NCBI GenBank assembly: GCA_963801355.1
Contig: CAWDEM010000008.1
Coordinates: 2,464,001 to 2,528,000, forward strand
Direction: 5' to 3'
DNA length: 64,000 nt
Origin: Ignavibacteriota bacterium
Lineage (GTDB): Bacteria; Bacteroidota; Ignavibacteria; UBA10030; UBA6906
The notes beneath the pieces are model-generated. The model saw nothing but the letters and a program-made list of their open reading frames with translations, did not search any database and had not been told where the DNA came from. The position numbers and the translations under genes were made by a program. Below are positions 48,607-58,189 of this stretch, piece after piece (position 1 is the stretch's first letter; every line of letters starts with the position of its first letter).

Positions 48607-48659
48607 GTTATGAGAAATTCTTTTCAGCAGAATATACGTCCGGTCCAGGGCAATGTCAA
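48607..48659 (-). promoter_or_regulatory. sigma70 promoter plus operator-like motif (copy 1)
   Basis: TTGACA-N17-TATATT at 48631-48659; plus-strand motif gttatgagaaattcttttca at 48607-48626. Confidence 0.75.
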
Positions 48660-48700
48660 GCTCTCTCTGCAGCACGCAAACCGCGCGAAGCACGCCGCCC

Positions 48701-49855
48701 TTATCTGAATGTCATGGTGATTTCTACGATTTCCGGACTGTTGCCGGTTCTTACCGGGGGGCCCCAGGTACCGGCGCCGCTGGAAACGTAGTAATGCGTC
48801 GAGCCTTTCAGGAGATACCCCCAGCTGATTTCGTATATGGCCGACGTGATGTAATTGAATGGCCAGAGTTGCCCATGATGCGTGTGCCCCGAAAGTTGCA
48901 GGTCAACACCATGGGCTGCCGCCTCGTCCAGGTCGAATGGTTGATGATCCATCAGTATAAGCGGGGCGCGCGCGTCAACACCATCCAGCACTGCATCAAG
49001 TGACTTCCGCGCCTCCCCCCCGAATTGCCTGCTGCTGCGGTCCTGCCTCCCGGCAAGCAGGATGCCCCCATCGATTGCCACACAGGTATCCCTCAGCATG
49101 CGTATCCCGTGTGCTTCCAGGTATGCGCACGCCTTCTCCGCGCCGCCGATATATTCGTGATTCCCCGTGATGCCGTAGACGCCTCTGGGTGCCCTGATCG
49201 AAAGGAGTGTTTCACCGAGATTCTGCCGCAGCACGGGCCCGAGATCCTCATCGACGACATCACCCGCAAAGAGAACGAGGTCCGGACGGAGTTCATTGAT
49301 GCGATCCACAAGGCGTGCGAGGTGCTTCTTGCCAACGATCGTACCCAGATGCACGTCGGAGATCATCACCGCGCGGAGGGAATGGATGCCCTGCGCCTGC
49401 TTGTCGACAGTCACAGACAACCGCTGGATACGAGGCGTTCTGGCATTCCAGTATCCTCCCGCAAGCACCACCATCACGAGCGCGACAACCCCGAGCGTGC
49501 CAATCTGGCGCACCCGGACCGGATCGCCCATAGCGGGCATCGGAATGGGGAGGATCAGCAACACGAGACGCACAAGGTCAACTGCCAGGCAGGCAAGGAC
49601 AAAATAGGCCAGCGCAGCAAGCCAGAACGAGCCAATCCAGACAAACAGGTCACTGACCGCGGAAATCCAGTAGTTCTCCAGCACCCGGCCGATGATGAAC
49701 GAGAGGGAAACAACAGCGAACAGCACGGCGTACCATGTGCGCAGAGATGTCGATGCGGGCAGAGCCTGCCACCCACGGAAAAAGACATACGCATTGACAC
49801 TGAAATAGACCGTGAAGAACACGAGGAAGAAAGTCAGCATGAGGTGCTTTCGCAT
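48701..49855 (-). CDS. Membrane-anchored metallophosphoesterase (YkuE/YaeI-like)
   Basis: N-terminal TMs; SDVHLG, GDVVD, GNHE, DHQP, SGHTHHGQ. Confidence 0.88.
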   Translation of the reverse strand: MRKHLMLTFFLVFFTVYFSVNAYVFFRGWQALPASTSLRTWYAVLFAVVSLSFIIGRVLENYWISAVSDLFVWIGSFWLAALAYFVLACLAVDLVRLVLLILPIPMPAMGDPVRVRQIGTLGVVALVMVVLAGGYWNARTPRIQRLSVTVDKQAQGIHSLRAVMISDVHLGTIVGKKHLARLVDRINELRPDLVLFAGDVVDEDLGPVLRQNLGETLLSIRAPRGVYGITGNHEYIGGAEKACAYLEAHGIRMLRDTCVAIDGGILLAGRQDRSSRQFGGEARKSLDAVLDGVDARAPLILMDHQPFDLDEAAAHGVDLQLSGHTHHGQLWPFNYITSAIYEISWGYLLKGSTHYYVSSGAGTWGPPVRTGNSPEIVEITMTFR

Positions 49856-49877
49856 TATGGACTGATTCGGGTGGGGG

Positions 49878-52691
49878 TCAGGAAGTCCTGATGACCACGA
49901 TCGTCTGGTCGTCGTGAGGTTCACAACCGCTGCTGAACGCCGCAAGATTGTCTGCAACCCGGTCACGGATCTCCTGCGCCGCAAGCGACGCAGAAGCCGC
50001 GAAGATCTCCGTGAGGCGTTCTTCGCCGTATTCACGGCCGGAGGTATCACGCGTTTCCGTCACACCGTCGGTGACCAGCAGAAAGACATCACCGGGTTCG
50101 TAGCATTCCAAACGCTCCTCCAGCTCACTGGCAAAAATGGCGGCGTCACTCAACCCGAGTCCGAGACCCCGCGGCACGATGCGGTCGATGCAGTGTGTCG
50201 ACGCGCGATAGGCAAAAACGGGAAGGTGCCCTGCGCGGACAAGTGTGACCCGACGCTGCTGCGGCATGAAGAGCGCGGCCGCAGCTGTGATGAACGAGTT
50301 CTTCTGCATGTCAGCGCAGAGAAGGCGGTTTGCCCGGAGAAAGAGCTCTCCCGGCCCGAGCCCGAATTGATGCAAGGAACGGAGAATGCCCTGCACCTTC
50401 GACATGTAGAGAGCCGCGGATGTTCCCTTCCCACTGACGTCGCCGACGACAACCATCAGGTCATGACCCGAACCGTCAAGATAGTCGAAGAAATCCCCCC
50501 CGACCTCAAGCGCCGGTGTCGATTGACCCGCGATATCAAGCCCGGCAATCCGCGGGGTGGCAGACGGGAGTGAGCCCAGTTGGATCTGCCGGGCGATGGA
50601 GAGCTCATGACGCATCCGCTCCTGCTCGGCAAGACCCTCATAGAGAAAGGCGTTCTCGATCGACACCGAGAGCTGCTGGGCCACTCCCGCCAGAAATGCA
50701 AGGTCCTCTGCACTCTGGGGGGTGTCGGCCAATTTCTGTCCCACAAGAATGGCACCGGACAGTGTCTCCTTTGACCGGATCGGGATGACATACTCGAACT
50801 GCATTCGTTCCAGGTGAGAGGCGATGTCGGCGGGCATGTGATCCACCCGCATCGAGTCATTGATCGCCGACAGGGTTGCCGCAAAGCGGCCGTCCAGCGC
50901 GCAGGAAAATGTATGCCAAGCCTCGCCGGAGACGCCGGAGGCGGCATCACAGCAACACGTGCTGCCGTCGCGGAAGATCAACAGGGCCGCAGAGCGCAAC
51001 TTCAGCAAATCCATGAGTGCATCTACCAGTCCGCGCACCAGATCCGACATGCTCAGCCTCGTGGCAAGGACACCCGCGATTTCCTGTGCGGCCCGCTTGT
51101 AGTCGAACTGCGCGCGATGGTACTTCCGGTCCAGCAACCGCTGGCCGACGCTCCGCACCTTCCAGAGGGCAAACCAAACGCCCACACCCAGGATCATCGA
51201 AGCCGCCCGTTGGGCGATCACTTGCTCTTCGGGAGTGGGCAACTCCTGACGCACTTCCACCGAGAATCCGCTCAGAACGATATGCGGCAGAGGGAACGGG
51301 ATTGCCGGCAGGGAAAGGAAGCACCAGACCAGAAGCAACGCTACGCAGCCGCCCCAGAGCCAGCTCAGGAGTGAATACTGCACATTGCGACGGACCCTGA
51401 GATCGAGATCGAGGAGTCTGTAGTGGCCGATAGTATAGAGATAGGCCAGTGGAACGAAGATGAGAAGGATGCCGACGACACTGATGAGATCGCCGCGCCC
51501 GAAGATACTCAACAGTGCGGTGCAGACCAACGAGCCGGCAACAGTGAGTATGGCTACAATCTTGATGGGCCGCCCGAGCGCGCGTTGCTGAGGGGTCCCC
51601 GCACGTGTGAAGGGAGGATTGACAACCAGCCCCAGGAAGACAATGAGAGCGAGAAGAAGGAGTTGCCACAAAGTATTATTGAGCAATAGAACGACAGGTG
51701 ACAGGGCGGCAACAACGTACATAACCGTCACACACCGTTTCCTCCAGACAGCGATCTCGCGCTGCCAGGGGAAAAGCAGCCCGGAATGAAAAGCAAATAC
51801 CGCCCCAAGAAACACCCCGTAGACACCGAGGATCCTTTGCACGACCCCGAAGGGCGACAACGAGGGCTCGCGCCGTATTGCCACGATGGCGATGAAGTAG
51901 CCGAGAAACACCATATAGAGGGCAAGCAACCTCGCAGAAAGAAATGCGGGCCTCTTCACACCGAGAAATGTCCCGATCAGGATGTAGACCACACCTGCAA
52001 GGAACAGCATCAGCGTACCGAGGGCAAAACCGAACTTTGCGAGAACAACATGAAGAGTCAATACAGCCCCGTTCCGCGAGACTTCATATGTTGTCGCTTT
52101 CCCGCTCGAACCCTGGCGCATGACCCGGTCAGCTTCCGCCGATGTTTTGAATCCCACCCCGTTGATGCGCTCAATGAAGTCTCCCACTTTTATGCCGGCT
52201 CGATCGGAGGCCCCGCCACGCGCCACCTCAACCACCAGCACCGACGGCGGTTGCTCAGAAAACCGCTCCGGAACGAGGTCCGTGCGGCGGACGAGCCATC
52301 GTATGGTGTGAGGGCCGCTGGGCCGGAGGATGCCTATGGTGACCGAATCGCTGATGATACTTACCAGAGTTCGCCGGAATGACTCCATTGTCCGTACCGG
52401 CGATCGCCCGATGGAAAGTAAAAGATCGTTCTCTTTTATGGAATCACCGGGTGCCGGCGGTCCCCCATAAGCCACTCCTCCCCTAAAAGGCTTGACGTCA
52501 AGAGGCACTCCGGGAAAAGCAGTGCCGACACGTACGTAAGAAGGAACATCCATGAAGATGTTTTCGTCGGTCGGCTGACTTGCAGAATTGAAAAAGGCGA
52601 TGGAGGCAAAGGAAAGAAAAACTGCCGACAGGATCGCAAGCAGAATGCGAAATACCGGATCTTCTAACCGTAAATGGGTCATTGGTGGCAT
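49878..52691 (-). CDS. Membrane sensor: PDZ domains + multi-TM + GAF + SpoIIE/PP2C (RsbU-like) phosphatase
   Basis: ASDRAGIKVGD.I..ING (PDZ); ARQIQ, VGGDFFD, GDVSGKG, AGH, TDGVTE, HDDQT. Confidence 0.88.
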   Translation of the reverse strand: MPPMTHLRLEDPVFRILLAILSAVFLSFASIAFFNSASQPTDENIFMDVPSYVRVGTAFPGVPLDVKPFRGGVAYGGPPAPGDSIKENDLLLSIGRSPVRTMESFRRTLVSIISDSVTIGILRPSGPHTIRWLVRRTDLVPERFSEQPPSVLVVEVARGGASDRAGIKVGDFIERINGVGFKTSAEADRVMRQGSSGKATTYEVSRNGAVLTLHVVLAKFGFALGTLMLFLAGVVYILIGTFLGVKRPAFLSARLLALYMVFLGYFIAIVAIRREPSLSPFGVVQRILGVYGVFLGAVFAFHSGLLFPWQREIAVWRKRCVTVMYVVAALSPVVLLLNNTLWQLLLLALIVFLGLVVNPPFTRAGTPQQRALGRPIKIVAILTVAGSLVCTALLSIFGRGDLISVVGILLIFVPLAYLYTIGHYRLLDLDLRVRRNVQYSLLSWLWGGCVALLLVWCFLSLPAIPFPLPHIVLSGFSVEVRQELPTPEEQVIAQRAASMILGVGVWFALWKVRSVGQRLLDRKYHRAQFDYKRAAQEIAGVLATRLSMSDLVRGLVDALMDLLKLRSAALLIFRDGSTCCCDAASGVSGEAWHTFSCALDGRFAATLSAINDSMRVDHMPADIASHLERMQFEYVIPIRSKETLSGAILVGQKLADTPQSAEDLAFLAGVAQQLSVSIENAFLYEGLAEQERMRHELSIARQIQLGSLPSATPRIAGLDIAGQSTPALEVGGDFFDYLDGSGHDLMVVVGDVSGKGTSAALYMSKVQGILRSLHQFGLGPGELFLRANRLLCADMQKNSFITAAAALFMPQQRRVTLVRAGHLPVFAYRASTHCIDRIVPRGLGLGLSDAAIFASELEERLECYEPGDVFLLVTDGVTETRDTSGREYGEERLTEIFAASASLAAQEIRDRVADNLAAFSSGCEPHDDQTIVVIRTS

Positions 52692-52751
52692 TCTTTGTCA
52701 ATGAATATACGCAATTTCCTCCAAATGGTTTAGAAACGCAGATTTATGGGG

Positions 52752-52768
52752 TGTTGAATATTTCAACA
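52752..52768. promoter_or_regulatory. Palindrome in divergent intergenic region
   Basis: TGTTGAA-TAT-TTCAACA, perfect 7-bp arms. Confidence 0.45.
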
Positions 52769-52946
52769 GTGAGCACTCAATAAGGAGAGCTGATGAGAAG
52801 TTTTTGGTGCATCTCGTTTTTTGATTCTGTAGGTTTGTTGTCACCATCCTATCCGGCAGTCCGCAGTGAATTCGCTTTACCCCTGAGGGTTACGAAAGGC
52901 CGCTAGGTTCTCCAGCTGTTCATGTACCATCAAGAAAGGAAGAGCT

Positions 52947-54209
52947 ATGTCCATTGCACGTTTGTTGTGTGCGTCAATGTTGTTGGCAGCGACGTCGGTC
53001 GATGTTTCGTTTGCCAGCGGGTTCCAGCTCAACGAGCACGGTGCCCGTGCGATGGGTCAGGGTGGGGCCTTCGCAGCTCGTGCCAATGATCTTTCCGCAA
53101 TGTATTTCAATCCCGCCGGATTGGCTTACCAGCAGGGATTCGGTGCGTACGTCGGCGGCACGATGATCCTCCCCAAGACGTCATTCACCAGCCCGGCCGG
53201 AAAACTGACGGATATGGTGAGCCAGACATTCCTCATCCCGAGTGTGTACCTCGGCTACGGGATGGACAACGGGCTCTCTTTCGGCGTGGGTTTCTACGCT
53301 CCGTTCGGACTCGGGACAGAATGGCCTGCGGCCTGGGACGGGCGCTTCGTCGCAGGGAAGACCGACCTCCAGAATCTTGCCCTCAATCCGACGATTGCGT
53401 ACAAAGTGAGCGAGGAGTTCATGATAGGGGCAGGCATGAGTATCACGTTTTCCTCAGTGAAGATGGAATACGATCTCGCCACTCTACCGGGTGCACCGCC
53501 CGGACATATCAATCTTCATGATGCGAGTGGAACCGGTGTCAGTTTCAACGTCGGCGCCATTTACAAACCTCTGCCGGAAATGTCTCTCGGTGCTTCCTAT
53601 CGCCATTCAACAACGGTTGACTACGAAGGCACGGCGGATTTTACGAACATGGGAACATTGGCGTCGTTCTTCCCTGGCGGTACGGGAAAGACCACCATCA
53701 AAGCGCCCGGACAGTTCTTTGTCGGGCTTGCGTACGATCTTACAAAGGATTTTACTCTCGAGGCTGACTATCAATGGATCGGATGGTCATCGTACGACAC
53801 ACTCGGGGTCGTGCTTCCCGATGGTCCTGCCGCTCCGCCGGCACTGGGGGGAAAACCCCTTCAGAAGGCCTCTAAATCAGCAAAGAATTGGGGCGATGCG
53901 TACATGCTCCGGCTTGGCGGGGAATACAGGGTTGACGATCTGACCTTGCGCCTCGGATTCATTTATGATAACTCGGGGCAGCCAAATCTGACCGTGGAAC
54001 CGTTGTTGCCGGATGCGAACAGAGTTGAAGGTACAGTGGGAATCGGCTACAGGTTGACCGAGAGCTGGTCGGTGGATGTTGCCTACCAGTTGATCATGTT
54101 CAGCGACCGCACCGTGACAGGGCCCACGACGGGTGACTTGAACAAGTTCCCGGGCACCTACAAGAGCAGTGCAAACTTGTTCGGTCTCAGCCTAGGATAC
54201 GATTTGTAA
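52947..54209 (+). CDS. fadL: FadL/OmpP1-family outer-membrane hydrophobic-compound transporter
   Basis: ASGFQLNEH, YFNPAG, APFGLGTEW, LPDANR, C-terminal beta strand. Confidence 0.88.
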   Translation: MSIARLLCASMLLAATSVDVSFASGFQLNEHGARAMGQGGAFAARANDLSAMYFNPAGLAYQQGFGAYVGGTMILPKTSFTSPAGKLTDMVSQTFLIPSVYLGYGMDNGLSFGVGFYAPFGLGTEWPAAWDGRFVAGKTDLQNLALNPTIAYKVSEEFMIGAGMSITFSSVKMEYDLATLPGAPPGHINLHDASGTGVSFNVGAIYKPLPEMSLGASYRHSTTVDYEGTADFTNMGTLASFFPGGTGKTTIKAPGQFFVGLAYDLTKDFTLEADYQWIGWSSYDTLGVVLPDGPAAPPALGGKPLQKASKSAKNWGDAYMLRLGGEYRVDDLTLRLGFIYDNSGQPNLTVEPLLPDANRVEGTVGIGYRLTESWSVDVAYQLIMFSDRTVTGPTTGDLNKFPGTYKSSANLFGLSLGYDL

Positions 54210-54275
54210 TTCGCAGTCGGCGCTTGCCGTCGTCGGTCGGTGTGTGCCGTAGGCGGTGCTTGCCGTAATAACTTC

Positions 54276-54317
54276 AAGGCCGGTGCTCAGATGCGAGCAC
54301 CGGCCTTTCTTGCTTTT
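54276..54317 (+). terminator. Intrinsic terminator between convergent genes
   Basis: 13-bp stem AAGGCCGGTGCTC/GAGCACCGGCCTT followed by a T-rich tract. Confidence 0.8.
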
Positions 54318-54348
54318 CTCCTGCGTACCGCGTGAACCGACGGAAGGC

Positions 54349-57300
54349 TCACCTCACGAACATGAGCTTGCGGGTCTGGCGGTAGTCTCCCGCCTGCAAT
54401 GTACAGAGGTACATCCCCGACGCAGTTCCTTCCATGTTCAGCCGGGCATCATGGGTGCCGGCTGTCTGGATCCCATCGACAGGTGTCATCACCAATTGCC
54501 CGAGCACGTTGTAGATTCGAATGATGACGTGCACATCCACAGGCAGCGAGTACCGGATCGTGGTCGCCGGGTTGAAGGGGTTCGGGTAGATCTCATCCAG
54601 ATAATAGTCCGGGGGAACATCGCCGGGAGGCGGTGGAGGAGGAGTATCGGCATTGATGGCGATCAGGCGGACTTCATCGACGTAGTACACGTCTGCGGCG
54701 GGAGCGGTTGTGCCGAACTCGAACCGCAGGCGCCCGTCATTAACCGGCGAAGAGAAGTTGTCCGGCCTGAAATCCACCGAATACACTTTCCAGGCGCTCC
54801 CGAGATCGAAGTGTTTCCCCGCCAGTCCATAGGGCAGATCCGGCGGGCCGGATTTAAGCAGCGATACGTCGCAATCATTCGCGCCGCCCGATTTCGCGGC
54901 GAAACTCAAGCGGTACGTCGAATCCGGGCTCAAGATGAGGTCGTTCTGAAACAGTTGCGAGCTTGTGCCGGCCTCGGGAATGGTGACCTTGACCGCGTTG
55001 TCGCTTTTGTAGCCGGGGGAGGCAATCTCCAGCGCTCCCGCACCGGTGGTGGCAAACGACCACCCAGCGATGCCGTTGTTGAAGTCGGCGTTTGAAACAC
55101 CATTCACCGCCATTGCGGTCGGGAGGCTGAATGTGGTCAGCGCCACTACCCGGGACCATGTGCTGGTGCCACCACTCCCCATCGCATTGACACGCCAGTA
55201 GTATTCCGTCCCGTTCCTGAGTCCATCCACCAGCACACTCGTACCGGTGATCCCTGACCTGTCAAGCTGCAGCTCCTCGAAGGAAAGGCTTGTGGAGACC
55301 TGTACCCCGTAGCTCAGGGCGCCTGGAACACCGTACCAGGTGAGCAGCGGATTCGTGGTGACGCCGGTTGTGCCCGACGCCGGAGCCTCCGTGACAGGCA
55401 CATTTGGTATGACCACCGTGCTTGCCGTCGTGAACGAACTGACGGTCGACCAGGGACTGGTGCCGCCGCTTCCCGCCGCGTTGACACGCCAATAGTAATC
55501 CGACCCATTCGTGAGTCCATCCACCTGCACACTCGTACCGGTGATCCCGGAGCGGTCCAGCTTCAACGTTGTAAAGGAAGAGCTTGAGGAGACCTGCACG
55601 CCATAACTCTGGGCGCCGGAAACGCTTTTCCAGGTAAGCAGCGGATTCGTGGTGACACCGGTTGTGCCTGACGCCGGAGCCTCCGTGACAGGCACATTTG
55701 GTATGACCACCGCGCTCGCCGTCGTGAACGAACTGACGGTCGACCAGGGACTGGTGCCGCCGCTTCCCGTCGCATTGACACGCCAGTAGTATACCGTGCC
55801 ATTCGTGAGTCCATCCACCTGTACACTCGTGCCGGTGATCCCGGACCGGTCCAGCTTCAACGTTGTAAAGGAAGAGCTTGAGGAGACCTGCACGCCATAA
55901 CTCTGGGCGCCGGAAACGCTTTTCCAGGTGAGCAATGGATTCGTGCTGACGCCGGTCGTACCTGACACAGGCCCTTCCGTAACCGGCATACCCGGTATGA
56001 CGCCTGTGCTCGCCGTTGTGAACGAGCTGACAGGCGACCAGGGACTCAGGCCGGCGGCATTGCCGGACCGGACCCGCCAGTAGTACGTGGTGCTCCCCGA
56101 CAGATTGCCCACCGCGTATGATGTATCGGTCAACGGCCCGGCATTCTGTATCACAGAGGAGAACGTGCGGTTGGTGGCCACCTGAGGATAGTAGGCGCTG
56201 GCGCCCGCCACTTTGCGCCACGTCAGTTGCACGGACACTGATAAGTTCCCCGCGCCGTCTGTCGGACTCGCCGGTTGGGGAGAAGGCGGTGCCTGACCTA
56301 CTCCCTGTACAAACTCCTTCGCGCCGATATCCGGGGCTTCTCCTTCGTAGGCAATATGCACCCCCGCGCCCGACACCCAGAAACGGCTTTCCGCGAGGGT
56401 GATAGTGTTGAGCCCCGTGTCAATGGACTCAATCTGCACAGGCGCGTCCGATCCAATCTTGATCACATCCCCCCCGGTGACTCCAAAGCCATCGCAGAAG
56501 AAGCGGGCATCAGCGACACGCAGAGTCCGACTGCCGTTGCCGTCGCCGATTGCGCTGGTGACAGGCCGTCCCGCATTGATCGCGGGGGAGCTCGATCCAA
56601 GGCCGAAGTTCCAGGACTCATCAAAGTCTATCGGGTACCGCGGGACATTGACGAATTGGGGATCCGCCTCGATGCTATGCTCATCCTTCCCGTCCATGTA
56701 GGCGTATCCGCCGAAGCTGTTCAACACTCCACGCCAATTTTGAAGACCTTCGGTGACCGTCGGGGGGTCGGTCATCGAATGAAGGATTTTCACCGGACCC
56801 GTGGCATCGTAATAGAGATTATAGTCCAGAAGGAAATTCGCACCATAATCCATGTCAAGCTTGAGCGCTCCGCTGTTCGGCTGCATGCCGACGATATTGT
56901 TCAGGAACCCGCGCTGATACCCCGGCTTGTTCCAGATTTTCACGCCTGCAAAGTCGGAACGCTCATAGTCTCCATTCGACCCCCGGTAACTGCGCCGGTT
57001 GTTCAAGAACACGTTGTTGTAGTACCGGTACCCATCGAACATGAAGGCGCCGGTGTGATTATCCCACACGACGGAACGACGCACAATAACGTAACGGGAG
57101 ATCTCGCCATTCCCGAGATTGAGGGCCGGCCCGCCTATGTCATCCGGTCCGTCAAATTGGCCGTTATCGTTGCCCTCCGAGCTGTGCAGCAGGCAATTGT
57201 CAACAAGGATGTACCCCGCCCCTTTGAAGTCAATGCAATTCTCCGCTGCATGCCCGAGACGGCTCCGGCGGATAATGACGCCATTATTGTATGTCTGTGA

Positions 57301-58083
57301 TCGGTCCAGGTAGTTCGGTTCGAATTGGATATTGTCCTCGTCCCAGGAGGTGTCCATCACGCAGTCTTCGATCAGCGTCCCCTGCAAGGTGGGGTCAAAC
57401 TTGCTCTGGTCCTCGTGGGGCAGGATGACGACATTGCTGGATCCATGGTTGACGAGCGTATCATACCTGAGGGTCGCGAACCGTGGAAGACCCCCTGCGA
57501 TAACAACACCCATCATCTGACCGCGCACATAGCAGTGCTCGACAACGTTGTGCTGACCCGACACCACAATGCCGCGTGAAAATGCCTGGAGGGTCCCGTA
57601 GTTGAAAGCCGCATCGCCATCGGCGAGCACGCGGCAATACCGAAGCGTGATATGGTTGCCAACAATGTGGATCCAGTACTCCGGGGTTTTGAGAACCTCC
57701 AGGTACGCCTGACAGCGGATGGTGAACCCCTCGATGATGGAATAGCTCGAGGCGACAACGACAACAAGATTGCCGGGCTCGCCTTCGATGACAACAGTCT
57801 CTCCGGGCATGGCAGCGTAGACGATGGGGCTGCCGGAGACACCGCTCCTCACGGGTTTGATCTGCTCCTGGTAGGTGCCTGCACGGACGAGCACTGTATC
57901 GCCCGGTTGCAGGTTTACATTTGCTTTAAAGATCGTCCGCCAGGGCTGCTCAAGCGTTCCTGGATTCTGGTCATTCCCCTGACGTGAGACGACAAACGTC
58001 CGCGCCTGAGCGATCCACGGGGCACAGATGAGAAGGATAAGCAACACCACACCAACTCCACGACGAGCATCAGTCTTTTTCAC
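54349..58083 (-). CDS. T9SS substrate: DUF1565/right-handed beta-helix + 4 FN3 + CBM4/9-like + CTD
   Basis: GND.NPGTLEQPWRTI, PGDTVLVRAGTY, APDIGAKE, YYWRV repeats, NADFNNG..GW, YPNPFNP. Confidence 0.85.
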   Translation of the reverse strand: MKKTDARRGVGVVLLILLICAPWIAQARTFVVSRQGNDQNPGTLEQPWRTIFKANVNLQPGDTVLVRAGTYQEQIKPVRSGVSGSPIVYAAMPGETVVIEGEPGNLVVVVASSYSIIEGFTIRCQAYLEVLKTPEYWIHIVGNHITLRYCRVLADGDAAFNYGTLQAFSRGIVVSGQHNVVEHCYVRGQMMGVVIAGGLPRFATLRYDTLVNHGSSNVVILPHEDQSKFDPTLQGTLIEDCVMDTSWDEDNIQFEPNYLDRSQTYNNGVIIRRSRLGHAAENCIDFKGAGYILVDNCLLHSSEGNDNGQFDGPDDIGGPALNLGNGEISRYVIVRRSVVWDNHTGAFMFDGYRYYNNVFLNNRRSYRGSNGDYERSDFAGVKIWNKPGYQRGFLNNIVGMQPNSGALKLDMDYGANFLLDYNLYYDATGPVKILHSMTDPPTVTEGLQNWRGVLNSFGGYAYMDGKDEHSIEADPQFVNVPRYPIDFDESWNFGLGSSSPAINAGRPVTSAIGDGNGSRTLRVADARFFCDGFGVTGGDVIKIGSDAPVQIESIDTGLNTITLAESRFWVSGAGVHIAYEGEAPDIGAKEFVQGVGQAPPSPQPASPTDGAGNLSVSVQLTWRKVAGASAYYPQVATNRTFSSVIQNAGPLTDTSYAVGNLSGSTTYYWRVRSGNAAGLSPWSPVSSFTTASTGVIPGMPVTEGPVSGTTGVSTNPLLTWKSVSGAQSYGVQVSSSSSFTTLKLDRSGITGTSVQVDGLTNGTVYYWRVNATGSGGTSPWSTVSSFTTASAVVIPNVPVTEAPASGTTGVTTNPLLTWKSVSGAQSYGVQVSSSSSFTTLKLDRSGITGTSVQVDGLTNGSDYYWRVNAAGSGGTSPWSTVSSFTTASTVVIPNVPVTEAPASGTTGVTTNPLLTWYGVPGALSYGVQVSTSLSFEELQLDRSGITGTSVLVDGLRNGTEYYWRVNAMGSGGTSTWSRVVALTTFSLPTAMAVNGVSNADFNNGIAGWSFATTGAGALEIASPGYKSDNAVKVTIPEAGTSSQLFQNDLILSPDSTYRLSFAAKSGGANDCDVSLLKSGPPDLPYGLAGKHFDLGSAWKVYSVDFRPDNFSSPVNDGRLRFEFGTTAPAADVYYVDEVRLIAINADTPPPPPPGDVPPDYYLDEIYPNPFNPATTIRYSLPVDVHVIIRIYNVLGQLVMTPVDGIQTAGTHDARLNMEGTASGMYLCTLQAGDYRQTRKLMFVR
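55120..56001. repeat. Three tandem 294-bp FN3-encoding repeats
   Basis: VIP..PVTE.P.SGTTGV.TNPLLTW...YYWRVNA.GSGGTS.WS with 98-aa period and high DNA identity. Confidence 0.9.
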
Positions 58084-58189
58084 AGAATCTCTCCTTCACA
58101 TGAGTGACTCGATTCCACTGCACTGGTGTTCTTCGATACAGATTACCGTACACTTCTTCCCCCTGGATAACACTCACTGATAGTCCATC

